64,000 nt of DNA from an uncultured virus (IMG/VR IMGVR_UViG_3300044631_002251) (IMGVR_UViG_3300044631_002251), one strand, 5' to 3'. Numbered from the stretch's first letter, positions 9,860-20,255 are shown. Translations and numbers: made by a program. The notes: generated by a model not told the origin, from the letters alone.

Positions 9860-11188
9860 ATGAAAGAAGATATCCAACTTGATAAAATTTTAAAAGATAT
9901 TTGCGATTATATAAATAATCAACATAATAAAAAACAATGGATTCCAGGCGAAAACTGGGTGCAATATGCTGGACCTTATTTTAGTTCAGAAGAGTACAAA
10001 GCATCAATAAAATCTCTTTTAAACGGATGGTTAGTGCTTGGTCAAGATGCCATTACTTTTGAAACTAAATTTCCAAAGCATCTTGGTAAAGAGTACGGAA
10101 TACTTACTAATAGCGGCAGTAGTTCTAATTTAATTATGATGTCAGCTATGGCATCAAAAAGACTTTATAACTTTCCAAAAGCAACTAAAGTTATCACTCC
10201 AATTGCAGGTTTTCCAACTACTATTAATCCTATTTTTCAAGTAGGTTTTGAACCATTATTTGTAGATATTGATCTTGATACTTTAAATTTAAATTTAGAT
10301 CAAGTAGAAGAAGCTGCCAAGAAAGGAGCAAAAATAATTACTTTCGCTCATGTTCTCGGAAATCCTCCAAACATGAATCGATTGATGGAGATTATAAATC
10401 AATACAATCTTGTTCTGCTTGAAGACTGTTGTGACGCTCTTGGTTCAACTTACGACGGAAAGCCGCTTGGCAGCTTTGGCGAACTCGCTAGTTGCAGTTT
10501 TTATCCTGCTCATCACATGACAATGGGTGAAGGCGGTTTTGTAGCTTGCAAAACTCAACTGCAAGAAATCGTCACTAGAAGTTTTAGAGAATGGGGTCGC
10601 GGATGTTATTGTGTTGGCAAAAAAGCTAATTTACTAAAGAATGGTTCATGCGGTAAACGTTTTTCTAATTGGCTCCCAGAACTTCCAGAAGAAGAGTTTG
10701 ATCATAAATACGTTTATGATGAAATTGGATATAATTTAAAACCAATGGAGCTACAAGCATCAATGGGTCTTGCCCAGATGGTTAAGCTTCCTGAAATACA
10801 TGCGCTGAGAAAGCGTAATCACGCTTTGCTTTGCCAAGCTTTTAGTCAGTACGAAGACTATTTTATTATTCCCAAGGCTACGACTTTAGCAGACCCAAGT
10901 TGGTTTGCTTTTGCCGTAACTATTAAGAATTGCTCACCATTTAAGCGTAAGCATATTGTTCAACATTTTGAAAACGCAAAAATTCAAACTCGTCCTTATT
11001 TTGCTGGCAACATTATGTTGCAACCAGCATATTCAGGAATAATGAGTTCTAAAGATATTATTGAAAAATTTCCAGTAGCCCGTAAAATTACAACAGATAC
11101 TTTTTTCTTGGGAACCAGCCCAGTAATAACAGAAGAACAAATTTATTACATAAAGAAAAATTTAGATCTATTTATTTCAAGTTTATGA
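9860..11188 (+). CDS. rfbH: NDP-4-keto-6-deoxyglucose 3-dehydrase (DdhC/RfbH)
   Basis: PLP aminotransferase fold with His in place of Lys (SFYPAHH), WGRGCYC Fe-S motif, HKYVY. Confidence 0.9.
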   Translation: MKEDIQLDKILKDICDYINNQHNKKQWIPGENWVQYAGPYFSSEEYKASIKSLLNGWLVLGQDAITFETKFPKHLGKEYGILTNSGSSSNLIMMSAMASKRLYNFPKATKVITPIAGFPTTINPIFQVGFEPLFVDIDLDTLNLNLDQVEEAAKKGAKIITFAHVLGNPPNMNRLMEIINQYNLVLLEDCCDALGSTYDGKPLGSFGELASCSFYPAHHMTMGEGGFVACKTQLQEIVTRSFREWGRGCYCVGKKANLLKNGSCGKRFSNWLPELPEEEFDHKYVYDEIGYNLKPMELQASMGLAQMVKLPEIHALRKRNHALLCQAFSQYEDYFIIPKATTLADPSWFAFAVTIKNCSPFKRKHIVQHFENAKIQTRPYFAGNIMLQPAYSGIMSSKDIIEKFPVARKITTDTFFLGTSPVITEEQIYYIKKNLDLFISSL

Positions 11189-12141
11189 AAGTAGTATATA
11201 TCACAGGGTGTTTAGGATTTATAGGTTCTTATGTAACAAAAGCTTGTTTAGATAAAGATTGGTATGTAAGAGGAATAGATAAAATCACTTATGCTGCTAG
11301 GCCAGAACTTCTTGAAAAGTTCAATAAATATGAAAAATTTAGTTTTGAACAAATAGACATTTGTGATTTAGATCGTTTGGTTGATTGTGATTATTTTATT
11401 AATATTGCTGCTGAAACCCATGTAGACAATTCAATCAGAGACAGCAAATGCTTTTTAAGATCAAATGTAGATGGAGTATATAATATACTGGAATTACTTA
11501 AAAATTACAGAAAAAACGATTCTCACTCTCCAGTATTTTTTCATTTTAGCACTGATGAAGTTTACGGTGATATAGATTCTGGTGAACACTACGAAACAGA
11601 TCTTTTAAAACCCAGCAACCCTTATTCAGCCACCAAAGCTGCGGCAGATCAATTGATTTTAGCTTGGTCAAGAACTTATAATTTACCTTATATTATTTTT
11701 CGCCCAACCAATAATTATGGAATCGGTCAATACGCTGAAAAACTTATTCCAAAAGCTTGCAAGTTTTTAACTTTAAATAGAAAAATTCCTCTTCACAATT
11801 CTGGAACTCCAATTAGAAACTGGCTTCACGCTAAAGATACTGCTTCTGGAGTTATTAAAATAATTGAAGCTGGATCTAAAAACGAAATTTTTAATATAGC
11901 AGGTGGATTTGAACAATCAAATATAAAGACTGTTGAAACTATAATAAAAGAATTTTTCAATCAAAACGATTCAAATTTTATAGATTCTAATCTTGATTTA
12001 TCTTTTAAACGAGCAGGTCAAGACGTTAGATATGCTATCAATGATGAAAAACTTAGATCTTTAGGATGGAAGCCAGAATGTGATTTCAATCATGAAATCA
12101 AGAGTATAGTGAAACATTATAAGAAAAATTTTATATGGTAA
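11185..12141 (+). CDS. rfbB: dTDP-glucose 4,6-dehydratase-like SDR
   Basis: AAETHVDNS, STDEVYG, PYSATK, NNYG motifs. Confidence 0.85.
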   Translation: MKVVYITGCLGFIGSYVTKACLDKDWYVRGIDKITYAARPELLEKFNKYEKFSFEQIDICDLDRLVDCDYFINIAAETHVDNSIRDSKCFLRSNVDGVYNILELLKNYRKNDSHSPVFFHFSTDEVYGDIDSGEHYETDLLKPSNPYSATKAAADQLILAWSRTYNLPYIIFRPTNNYGIGQYAEKLIPKACKFLTLNRKIPLHNSGTPIRNWLHAKDTASGVIKIIEAGSKNEIFNIAGGFEQSNIKTVETIIKEFFNQNDSNFIDSNLDLSFKRAGQDVRYAINDEKLRSLGWKPECDFNHEIKSIVKHYKKNFIW

Positions 12142-12770
12142 CAGAACTAGAAATGATTCAATTTGAAAACGAAATTGGCGATTTATTTAATAATAAACAA
12201 ATTAAATCCCCCATTCATCTTTACCATTCAAATGAAAAACAAATGCTTAACATTTTTGAAAAGATTGATTGTAAAAATGATTGGGTTTTTTGCACATGGA
12301 GAAATCACTATCAAGCTTTATGCAAAGGAATTCCTAAAGAAATTCTTAAAAACGAAATTTTGAAAGGTAAATCTATGGTTATGAATTTGCCACAGTATAA
12401 ATTTATATGTAGCTCTATCGTGGGAGGAGTTGCTCCAATTGCGCTTGGAACTGCATTAGCAATTAAAAATAAAAATCTAACATCTAAAGTTTGGTGTTTT
12501 CTTGGCGATATGTCTGCTGAAACAGGATCATTTCATGAATCTTATAAATATAGTTTAAACTTTGATCTTCCCATCAATTGGATAATTGAGGATAATAGAA
12601 AATCTGTTTTAACTCCAACCGATCAAACTTGGAATAGAAATCTTCCATATTATATTGACGTAAGCCAATACAAGAATGATGAAATGTATTATAAAGATAA
12701 AATTATTTATTATCAATATTCAAACAATAAATATCCACATGCTGGCGCTGGAGTAAGAGTTCAATTTTAA
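12135..12770 (+). CDS. ThDP-dependent enzyme, E1-alpha-like subunit
   Basis: SSIVGG, GDMSAETG...EDN ThDP-binding motif. Confidence 0.85.
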   Translation: MVTELEMIQFENEIGDLFNNKQIKSPIHLYHSNEKQMLNIFEKIDCKNDWVFCTWRNHYQALCKGIPKEILKNEILKGKSMVMNLPQYKFICSSIVGGVAPIALGTALAIKNKNLTSKVWCFLGDMSAETGSFHESYKYSLNFDLPINWIIEDNRKSVLTPTDQTWNRNLPYYIDVSQYKNDEMYYKDKIIYYQYSNNKYPHAGAGVRVQF

Positions 12771-12771
12771 T

Positions 12772-13308
12772 ATGAAATACATAGAGGAAATAAAAAAAGC
12801 AATGGTTCTTCTTTCTCAAAACGATAAAACTATTTTTATTGGTCAATCAGTTAAATTTGGCGGCACAGGAATGTATGACACTTTGCTTGAAGTCAATGAA
12901 GATCAAAAAATAGAATGGCCTGTTGCAGAATATTCTCAGTTAGGTGCTTCTATTGGAATGGCGTTAGAAGGTTTTATTGTAGTTTCTTTATTTCCAAGAT
13001 GGAATTTTTTGCTTATGGCAACCGATCAGATTGTGAATCATCTTGATAAACTACCCATTGTGTCTGAAGGACGCTGTACTCCAAAAGTTATTATTCGCGT
13101 TTCTGTCGGAAGTGAAAATCCAGTCGATCCTCAATGCCAACATAAAGGAAATTTTTCTCAGGCTTTTCGATTGATGTGTAAAACAATTGATATAATTGAA
13201 CTCATTGAACCAGAAGATATAATCCCTGCTTATGAAAAAGCTTTAAACAGAACTGACGGCAAAAGCACAATGCTTGTGGAGTTTGCCGATTTTTTAAAAA
13301 CTAAATGA
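12772..13308 (+). CDS. ThDP-dependent enzyme, E1-beta/transketolase Pyr domain only
   Basis: EWPVAE, DQIVN, PQCQH motifs; no C-terminal domain. Confidence 0.85.
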   Translation: MKYIEEIKKAMVLLSQNDKTIFIGQSVKFGGTGMYDTLLEVNEDQKIEWPVAEYSQLGASIGMALEGFIVVSLFPRWNFLLMATDQIVNHLDKLPIVSEGRCTPKVIIRVSVGSENPVDPQCQHKGNFSQAFRLMCKTIDIIELIEPEDIIPAYEKALNRTDGKSTMLVEFADFLKTK

Positions 13309-14126
13309 ATATTTTAGTTACTGGGTCTAATGGATATATTGGAAAATCAATTATTAGATCTTGTATTAAAAATGCTGTATTTTTTCATGGTAATAGACAA
13401 ACAATAAATTTATTTGATAAAGACTCGATTAAAACATTTATTAAAGAAAATAAAATAGACACTATCGTTCATTGCGCCATAGAAGGTGGCAGCAGATTAA
13501 ACACAGATGATGCAAATACTTTTTTTAATAATATTTTAATTTTTGAAAATCTTTATCATTGCAAATATTTATTGCATAAAGTAATTAATCTTGCTTCTGG
13601 AGCGGAGTTTGACAGACAAACCGACATCAATTTAGCAGATGAAGAGATTATTTTTGATAGAATACCCAAAGATTATTATGGTTTGTCTAAAAATATAATA
13701 GCTAAAAAAGCATTGACCGCAAATAATTTTTTTAATCTTAGAGTATTTGGATGTTTTGATGAAAATGAACTTGACAGTAGATTCATAAAAACCTGCATTT
13801 TAAAAAGTAAAAATAATGAAACCATAACGATTCACGAAGATAAAATCATGGATTTTTTTTATATTCAAGATTTAATTTCTATTATTAAATATTTTCTGTT
13901 AGTTAATCCTACATATCAAGACATAAATCTTAGCTATAAAAATAAATACAAACTATCTCAAATTGCTAAAAAAATTACAAATAAAACAAATTCTAAAAGT
14001 GATATAATAATTCAAAAAGAACAAGGATTAAATTATAATGGAAATTTTGATAAATTATTATCCTTGCCTATCAAATTAATCGGTCTTGAATATGGTATAG
14101 ATAAAACTATTATACATAATAAATGA
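13305..14126 (+). CDS. NAD-dependent epimerase/reductase (SDR)
   Basis: TGSNGYIG and YGLSK motifs. Confidence 0.85.
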   Translation: MNILVTGSNGYIGKSIIRSCIKNAVFFHGNRQTINLFDKDSIKTFIKENKIDTIVHCAIEGGSRLNTDDANTFFNNILIFENLYHCKYLLHKVINLASGAEFDRQTDINLADEEIIFDRIPKDYYGLSKNIIAKKALTANNFFNLRVFGCFDENELDSRFIKTCILKSKNNETITIHEDKIMDFFYIQDLISIIKYFLLVNPTYQDINLSYKNKYKLSQIAKKITNKTNSKSDIIIQKEQGLNYNGNFDKLLSLPIKLIGLEYGIDKTIIHNK

Positions 14127-14959
14127 AAATTGGCTGCTTTATTTTATCTGATAAATTTAAATATAAAAAATTGCATGAATGCGCTATTAATAGCTTTTCA
14201 CATTTTCATCCCGAAATTAACACTTTTTCTTACGACTATCAATATCAATTAACCGACAAATTACAAAAAATACCAATAGGTATAGCAAGATTATATTTAG
14301 CTTATTCTATATTTAGAGACGAAAATCTGGATAAACTTATTATTTTAGGTGCTGACACTATTACATGCTCAAGATTAAATGAATTTATCGATGAAAATAA
14401 TTTTGATATATTAACTACTCTTGATTATCCATATAGGCTAATCGCTCAAAATAAAATTTTTTCAAAAGATGATGAAGATCATGTTAATGCCGATGTAGTT
14501 TGTTATAATAATATTAATGCTTTAAAAGAAGTTATTGAAAAATCAATGGAAATACGTACTGAATATTATGAGCAAGCTGGTTTAAATTTTGTATGTAACA
14601 TGCAAAATAAATTTACCAGCAAAATTGTTGATGGTAATTATGAAAGCTCAAATGTTGTATATAATGCCAGAGCAAAAGGCAATATATGTGCAAAGCCTGG
14701 GGAAAAGCCGTGGTTTAAATATACAAATTTATTTAAAGTTAGAGAAAATAAACTTTTTACAAATACGCACGAAAACTGCTCAAAATCAAAACAGATAAAG
14801 CTGTGGCATTATTGTGATGGCTTAGGAACTGTCAATGATTTTCAATTTCAAATGCTTATAAATAATTGGATAAATAAAGGTTTCAACGAAGAAACAAAAA
14901 AATTTTTTACGGATCAATGTGCGTGTGGAGATTTTTTTAATAAACAGTTTATTATATGA
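14123..14959 (+). CDS. Putative glycosyltransferase (GT-A-like)
   Basis: LGADTI, VNADV, YEQ motifs; position in glycan cluster. Confidence 0.5.
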   Translation: MKIGCFILSDKFKYKKLHECAINSFSHFHPEINTFSYDYQYQLTDKLQKIPIGIARLYLAYSIFRDENLDKLIILGADTITCSRLNEFIDENNFDILTTLDYPYRLIAQNKIFSKDDEDHVNADVVCYNNINALKEVIEKSMEIRTEYYEQAGLNFVCNMQNKFTSKIVDGNYESSNVVYNARAKGNICAKPGEKPWFKYTNLFKVRENKLFTNTHENCSKSKQIKLWHYCDGLGTVNDFQFQMLINNWINKGFNEETKKFFTDQCACGDFFNKQFII

Positions 14960-15885
14960 CTATTTTAGTAACAGGCGGATCAAGCATGGTAGGCAAACAT
15001 CTACAAAAAGTTTTACCAAAAGCTATTTATTTAAGCAGCAAAGAATGCAATCTTCAAAATCTTGAACAAACATGTAAGCTTTTTAAACAAATTAAGCCCC
15101 AAGCAGTTATTCATTTGGCAGCAAAAGTTGGCGGTATTATTGATAATATCAAAAACCCTGTAAACTTTTTTGATGATAATATTTTAATTAATACTAATAC
15201 CGTAAAAGCTACATACGAGTGCGGAGCTTCTAAATTTATTGGTATTCTCAGTACATGTATTTATCCTGATAAACTAAAGAAAAATGAGTATCCAATCAAC
15301 GAAGAAATGCTTCATAATGGACCACCGACTCCAACTAACTTTGCTTATGGATATGCTAAGAGATGTTTATCTGTGCAAATAGATGCTTATAACAAACAAA
15401 ATAAAACAGAATATAGTTCATTAATACCTTGCAATCTATATTCTGAACACGATCACTTCGAAGGCGATAAAGCACATTTTCTATCTAGTTTGATTAGCAA
15501 GATTCACAAAGCTAAAATTAATAATGAAAAATATATTCAATTATTTGGTTCTGGAAAACCGTTGAGACAATTTATGTACGCTGGCGACCTAGCGAACGCT
15601 ATAGCAAAAACCATTAATAAAAAGAATGCTTATATTTATAACGTCTGCACTCCAGAAAATAAAAGTATAGAACAGATTGCTAAAATTGCACTAAAAGCTT
15701 GTGACGCTGAACATCTAAAAATCAAGTGGGACAGAGAAAAGCCAGATGGACAATTCCGCAAAGACGCTTCATCAGACAAATTTTTAAACGATTTTCCAGA
15801 TTTCAAGTTTACTTCTTTATTTGAAGGAATACAAAAAACTTATAATATCAAATATAATGAGCGCCTGGAAGCTAAACGATTCTAA
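14956..15885 (+). CDS. fcl: GDP-L-fucose/colitose synthase (Fcl/ColC)
   Basis: HLAAKVGGI, STCIYP, YGYAK, PCNLY, KPDGQ motifs. Confidence 0.9.
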   Translation: MTILVTGGSSMVGKHLQKVLPKAIYLSSKECNLQNLEQTCKLFKQIKPQAVIHLAAKVGGIIDNIKNPVNFFDDNILINTNTVKATYECGASKFIGILSTCIYPDKLKKNEYPINEEMLHNGPPTPTNFAYGYAKRCLSVQIDAYNKQNKTEYSSLIPCNLYSEHDHFEGDKAHFLSSLISKIHKAKINNEKYIQLFGSGKPLRQFMYAGDLANAIAKTINKKNAYIYNVCTPENKSIEQIAKIALKACDAEHLKIKWDREKPDGQFRKDASSDKFLNDFPDFKFTSLFEGIQKTYNIKYNERLEAKRF

Positions 15886-17008
15886 TTTTTCTTTTATTGA
15901 TAGACTTAAAATTGCTAAGTTCGTAATAAATCCAAACAACTTTTGGACAATGAATAAGCAAGTTTCATTGTTTGAAAGTAAGATGGCTAAATATATCGGC
16001 TGCGATTACGCCGTCTTTGTTTCTAGCGGATCTACCGCTAATACTATTTTGGCGATGTATTTGAAAGATAAATTTTATACTGAACAAAAGAAAAAAATCA
16101 TTTTTCCATCTACAACTTGGACAACTTCTGTTGCTCCATTTTTAAGAGAAGGCTTTGAACCAATATTTATTGATGTGTCGTTTAAAGATTTTGCCATCGA
16201 TTTAGATTTATTAGACGCTGCTTTAGAAAAAGAACGCGATTCTGTATCTTGCGTTTTTATTACTAGTTTAATAGGTTTTGTTCCAGATATGCATAGATTG
16301 ATACAAATTAGTAAAAAACATGGAGTAAGAATTATGATGGACAATTGCGAAAATACTTTTGGCGAGTTTTATTTTAAAAATATTTCATCGTTTTTCACAA
16401 GCACTACCAGTACTTATTTTGGACATCAACTTCAAAGCGTCGAAGGAGGATTTTTATTCACAAACGACGAAGAGGAATATGAGTATTTTCTAATGGCTCG
16501 TAATCATGGAATGACAAGAAGCGTAAAAAATCCAGAAAACTATATAAATAAAGACGTTGATAGTAGATTTGATTTTAATTTTCTTGGTAGTAATTTTAGA
16601 AATACAGATATAAATGCTTTTATTGGTTTATTGGATTTCGAAAGAATTAAAACTCTTACTCAAAAAAGAATAAATTTATATAATTTATACAAACAATCTT
16701 TAAAGTATAATTCATATTTACCAAACATTACCAATAGATATGGCCATGTACCATTTTGTTTTCCCATATTTTGCGAAAACTCTGAAAAGAGAAGTCAAGC
16801 TATTGATTTTTGCAATAAGAATGAAATTGAAAGCCGCCCAATTATTTCTGGTAATTTATTAAAACAAACTTGTTATAAGAAATATGGTAATTATAAAGAC
16901 TTTAAAAATAGCGAGTATCTTCATAATAACGCTTTTTATGTAGGACTTCATTCGAAAGTAAAAAAAGAAAATATTATAAAATTAACTACTTATTTAAACA
17001 ATCTATAA
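15857..17008 (+). CDS. colD: GDP-4-keto-6-deoxymannose 3-dehydratase (ColD-like)
   Basis: DegT-family fold with His at the catalytic Lys position (STYFGHQLQSVEGG); lies between fcl and gmd. Confidence 0.75.
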   Translation: MSAWKLNDSNFSFIDRLKIAKFVINPNNFWTMNKQVSLFESKMAKYIGCDYAVFVSSGSTANTILAMYLKDKFYTEQKKKIIFPSTTWTTSVAPFLREGFEPIFIDVSFKDFAIDLDLLDAALEKERDSVSCVFITSLIGFVPDMHRLIQISKKHGVRIMMDNCENTFGEFYFKNISSFFTSTTSTYFGHQLQSVEGGFLFTNDEEEYEYFLMARNHGMTRSVKNPENYINKDVDSRFDFNFLGSNFRNTDINAFIGLLDFERIKTLTQKRINLYNLYKQSLKYNSYLPNITNRYGHVPFCFPIFCENSEKRSQAIDFCNKNEIESRPIISGNLLKQTCYKKYGNYKDFKNSEYLHNNAFYVGLHSKVKKENIIKLTTYLNNL

Positions 17009-17009
17009 T

Positions 17010-18065
17010 ATGAAAGTAATAGTAACAGGCATTCTAGGCCAAGATGGAGCAAACATGGTAGAGTATTTGCTAAAAAATACTGATGCAAATATTTTTGGAA
17101 TGATACGTAGAACTTCAAATCCCAACTTTGTGAATTGCCAAAGCTTTATTCGAAATGAACGATTCAAACTCGTTTACGGAGATCTTTCAGATAGCATAAG
17201 TTTAGATAATCTTGTTAGAGATATTCAACCCGATTATTTTATTAATTTTGCTGCTCAAAGCTTTGTTGGATGTAGCTGGGAAATTCCTCTTCAAACCTTT
17301 GATGCCAACGCCACTGGTGTTGCCCGATGCTTAGAATCTATTCGTCGTTTTCAACCAAAGTGTCGTTTTTATTCTGCTGGATCTAGTGAAGAATTTGGAG
17401 ATGTGCAATATAGTCCACAAGACATTCTACATCCAGTAAGGCCAAGAAGCCCATACGGTGCAAGCAAAGCTGCCGCTCGTCATTTAGTAAAAGTTTATCG
17501 TGAATCATATAATTTATACGCTGTTCATGGTATTCTTTTTAATCATGAAGGCACTAAGCGTGGAGAAGAATTCGTAACTAGAAAGATCAGCAAAGGAGTT
17601 GCCCGTATATACCATGCTATTAAAAATAAACAGTCATTCGCACCAATCGAACTAGGCAATTTAGACGCTAAAAGAGACTGGTCTGATTCTGAAGATTTCG
17701 TAGATGGAGTATGGAAAATGCTTAATTTAAGCAAGCCCAAAGATTATGTTTTATCCAGTAATGAAACTCATACAATAAGAGAATTTATAAATAAAGCTTT
17801 TGAAACCGCTGGTTTTTATGGAGCTTGGCATGGAAATGGAACAAATGAAGAATTTAGTGTAGCAAATTATTTGGCTGAAGAACATGATATTCATTCATCT
17901 GTTTTAATTAAAATTAATCCTAAATTTTATAGACCCGCTGAAGTCGAGCTTCTTTTGGGAGACTCAACTCCAGCTAGAGAAGAATTAGGTTGGAAACCAA
18001 AAATTTCTTTTGACAACCTCGTAGAACGTATGGTAAAGTATGACATAGATAATTTTAAAATCTAG
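17010..18065 (+). CDS. gmd: GDP-mannose 4,6-dehydratase
   Basis: TGILGQDG, AAQSFV, SPYGASK, FNHE, FVTRKI, RPAEV motifs. Confidence 0.95.
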   Translation: MKVIVTGILGQDGANMVEYLLKNTDANIFGMIRRTSNPNFVNCQSFIRNERFKLVYGDLSDSISLDNLVRDIQPDYFINFAAQSFVGCSWEIPLQTFDANATGVARCLESIRRFQPKCRFYSAGSSEEFGDVQYSPQDILHPVRPRSPYGASKAAARHLVKVYRESYNLYAVHGILFNHEGTKRGEEFVTRKISKGVARIYHAIKNKQSFAPIELGNLDAKRDWSDSEDFVDGVWKMLNLSKPKDYVLSSNETHTIREFINKAFETAGFYGAWHGNGTNEEFSVANYLAEEHDIHSSVLIKINPKFYRPAEVELLLGDSTPAREELGWKPKISFDNLVERMVKYDIDNFKI

Positions 18066-18083
18066 TGTATAATACTCTTTACC

Positions 18084-20066
18084 ATGAGTGATAATTTAAA
18101 TATTCTTTCGCCATCTTTTCTCGCCAAATATAAAAACAAGCAACCCAACTGGGGTTTTAATGGACTTGGGTATATAGTATACAAGAGAACGTATGCTCGT
18201 CTAAAAGAAGATGGAACCACTGAAGAGTGGAATGAAACCGTAGAACGTTGTATTAATGGCGCACAAAAGATTGGCGCACAATACACTCCAGAAGAAGCTG
18301 AACGTATTTACGATTACGTTTTTAATTTGAAGTGTAATTTTGCTGGTCGAATGCTTTGGCAGCTTGGCACTTCTACCGTAGATCGTTTTGGCGCAAATTC
18401 TCTTCTCAATTGCTGGGCTACAGCAATGCGCGAACCAAAGGCTTTCCTTTTCCTTTTTGAGAACCTCATGCTTGGTGGCGGTGTTGGTTACAGTATTCGT
18501 CGCGAAGATGTTCATGAGCTTCCAAAGATTAAGAAAAGTGTAACAGTTATTCATGAAGCAACTAAAGACGCTGATTATATTGTGCCAGATAAACGCGAAG
18601 GTTGGGTTAATCTACTTTCTAAAGTTCTGGATGCTTTTTACGTTACAGGTAAATCGTTTTCGTACTCGACTATTCTCATCAGAGGTTACGGTGAACCAAT
18701 CAAGGGTTTTGGCGGCAAGGCTAGTGGCCCACAAATCCTTATTGACGGAATCGATAAGATCACAAAGATCTTCCAAGCTCGCGAAGGCAAAAAGCTTCGC
18801 TCGATTGATGTGTTGGATATCTGCAATATTATTGGCAGCGTTGTTGTCGCTGGTAATGTACGTCGTAGCGCAGAAATCGCTCTAGGCGATCCTGACGATA
18901 TTCTTTATCTTCGCGCCAAGAACTGGGGTTCAGGAAACGTTCCCAACTGGCGAGCGATGAGCAACAACACTATCTATGCCGATAGTTACGATCACGTTCT
19001 TGAAGAAATTTGGAAGAATGGCTATGAGATCAATAAAGACTCTGGCTATGCAAATGGTGAGCCTTATGGATTTTTCAACCTTCCTCTTTCTCAAAAGTTT
19101 GGCCGTATTAAGGACGGTCCAATTTCAGATAACTCCATGTATCCCACAGATACAGATAATTGTGAAATGACCAATCCTTGCGCTGAAATTAGTCTTTCTA
19201 ATTACGAGTGCTGCAACCTTTCAGAACTTTATCTAAACAACATCACTTCTAAAGAAGAACTAATTGACTGCGCTCAACTTCTTTACAAGACTCAAAAGGC
19301 TATCGCATCTCTACCTTTTATCCATGAAGAAACAAATCGCATTGTTCATAAGAATATGCGCCTCGGTCTTGGCGTTACTGGCGTTTGCCAGTCTCTTGAT
19401 AAGCTTGATTGGCTTGATGATTGTTATATCGCTTTGCGTAAGTTCGACAAAGAATGGAGCGCGAAGCGTGGATGGTCAGAAAGCATTAAGCTGACCACAA
19501 TCAAACCAAGCGGAACACTAAGCTTGCTTGGTGGAGCTACCCCCGGTGTTCATCCAGCTTTCAGCGAGTATTATATGCGTACAGTTCGCATGTCTAGCTC
19601 TGATGCTCTAGTTCAAATCTGTAAGGATATGGGATATCATGTTGAGTTCCTTATTAATTTTGATGGAACTGAGAATCGCGATACTGTTGTAGTTTATTTC
19701 CCATGCAAAACTCCAGAAGGCTCCATCCTCACCAAGGACATGGATGTTATTAAGCAGCTTGACATGGTTAAGAAGCTTCAAACTATTTGGTCTGACAACG
19801 CTGTTTCTGTTACTGCTTATTATAAGCCAGAAGAACTTGATACTCTAAAAACTTGGTTGAAAGATAATTACGAACATAATGTTAAGAGTGTAAGCTTCCT
19901 TCTTTTTAAAGATCACGGTTTCAAGCAAGCTCCATATCAAGAAATTGATGAAACCGCATATCTCACTGCAAGTGCTAAAGTTAAACCTCTCACAAACATC
20001 TCTACTGGTAGTACAGAAATGCTAGAAATGGCTGAATGCGCTGGCGGTGCATGTCCAATTCGATAA
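18084..20066 (+). CDS. nrdJ: Class II (adenosylcobalamin-dependent) ribonucleotide reductase
   Basis: VVAGNVRRSA, TNPCAEI, TIKPSGT, C-terminal CAGGACPIR; no intein-sized insertion. Confidence 0.92.
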   Translation: MSDNLNILSPSFLAKYKNKQPNWGFNGLGYIVYKRTYARLKEDGTTEEWNETVERCINGAQKIGAQYTPEEAERIYDYVFNLKCNFAGRMLWQLGTSTVDRFGANSLLNCWATAMREPKAFLFLFENLMLGGGVGYSIRREDVHELPKIKKSVTVIHEATKDADYIVPDKREGWVNLLSKVLDAFYVTGKSFSYSTILIRGYGEPIKGFGGKASGPQILIDGIDKITKIFQAREGKKLRSIDVLDICNIIGSVVVAGNVRRSAEIALGDPDDILYLRAKNWGSGNVPNWRAMSNNTIYADSYDHVLEEIWKNGYEINKDSGYANGEPYGFFNLPLSQKFGRIKDGPISDNSMYPTDTDNCEMTNPCAEISLSNYECCNLSELYLNNITSKEELIDCAQLLYKTQKAIASLPFIHEETNRIVHKNMRLGLGVTGVCQSLDKLDWLDDCYIALRKFDKEWSAKRGWSESIKLTTIKPSGTLSLLGGATPGVHPAFSEYYMRTVRMSSSDALVQICKDMGYHVEFLINFDGTENRDTVVVYFPCKTPEGSILTKDMDVIKQLDMVKKLQTIWSDNAVSVTAYYKPEELDTLKTWLKDNYEHNVKSVSFLLFKDHGFKQAPYQEIDETAYLTASAKVKPLTNISTGSTEMLEMAECAGGACPIR

Positions 20067-20114
20067 AAGTTGAAAAACATTTTCTCAAATATAACATAAA
20101 CTACATATACAAAT

Positions 20115-20255
20115 ATGAGCAAGACTACTGCAAAGACTATGGTAAATAACACTGCAAAGACAACCGCCAAGGTTGCCACCGCTTCAGCTAAGACCGCAAA
20201 GCCAGCAAGTAAGCCAGCCGCGCCATCAAAGCCAAGTGGTGGCAAGAAGAAGTAA
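20115..20255 (+). CDS. 46-aa Lys/Ala/Thr-rich histone-H1-like microprotein (not in ORF track)
   Basis: MSKTTAKTMVNNTAKTTAKVATASAKTAKPASKPAAPSKPSGGKKK*, followed by a terminator. Confidence 0.75.
   Translation: MSKTTAKTMVNNTAKTTAKVATASAKTAKPASKPAAPSKPSGGKKK

Noticed and set aside
12135..13308. Pyruvate dehydrogenase auxiliary metabolic genes
   Set aside because: Subunits are short, E2/E3 are absent and the context is NDP-sugar synthesis
19937..20245. Minus-strand hydrophobic 102-aa ORF
   Set aside because: Antisense shadow of the Lys/Ala-rich microprotein and the nrdJ end
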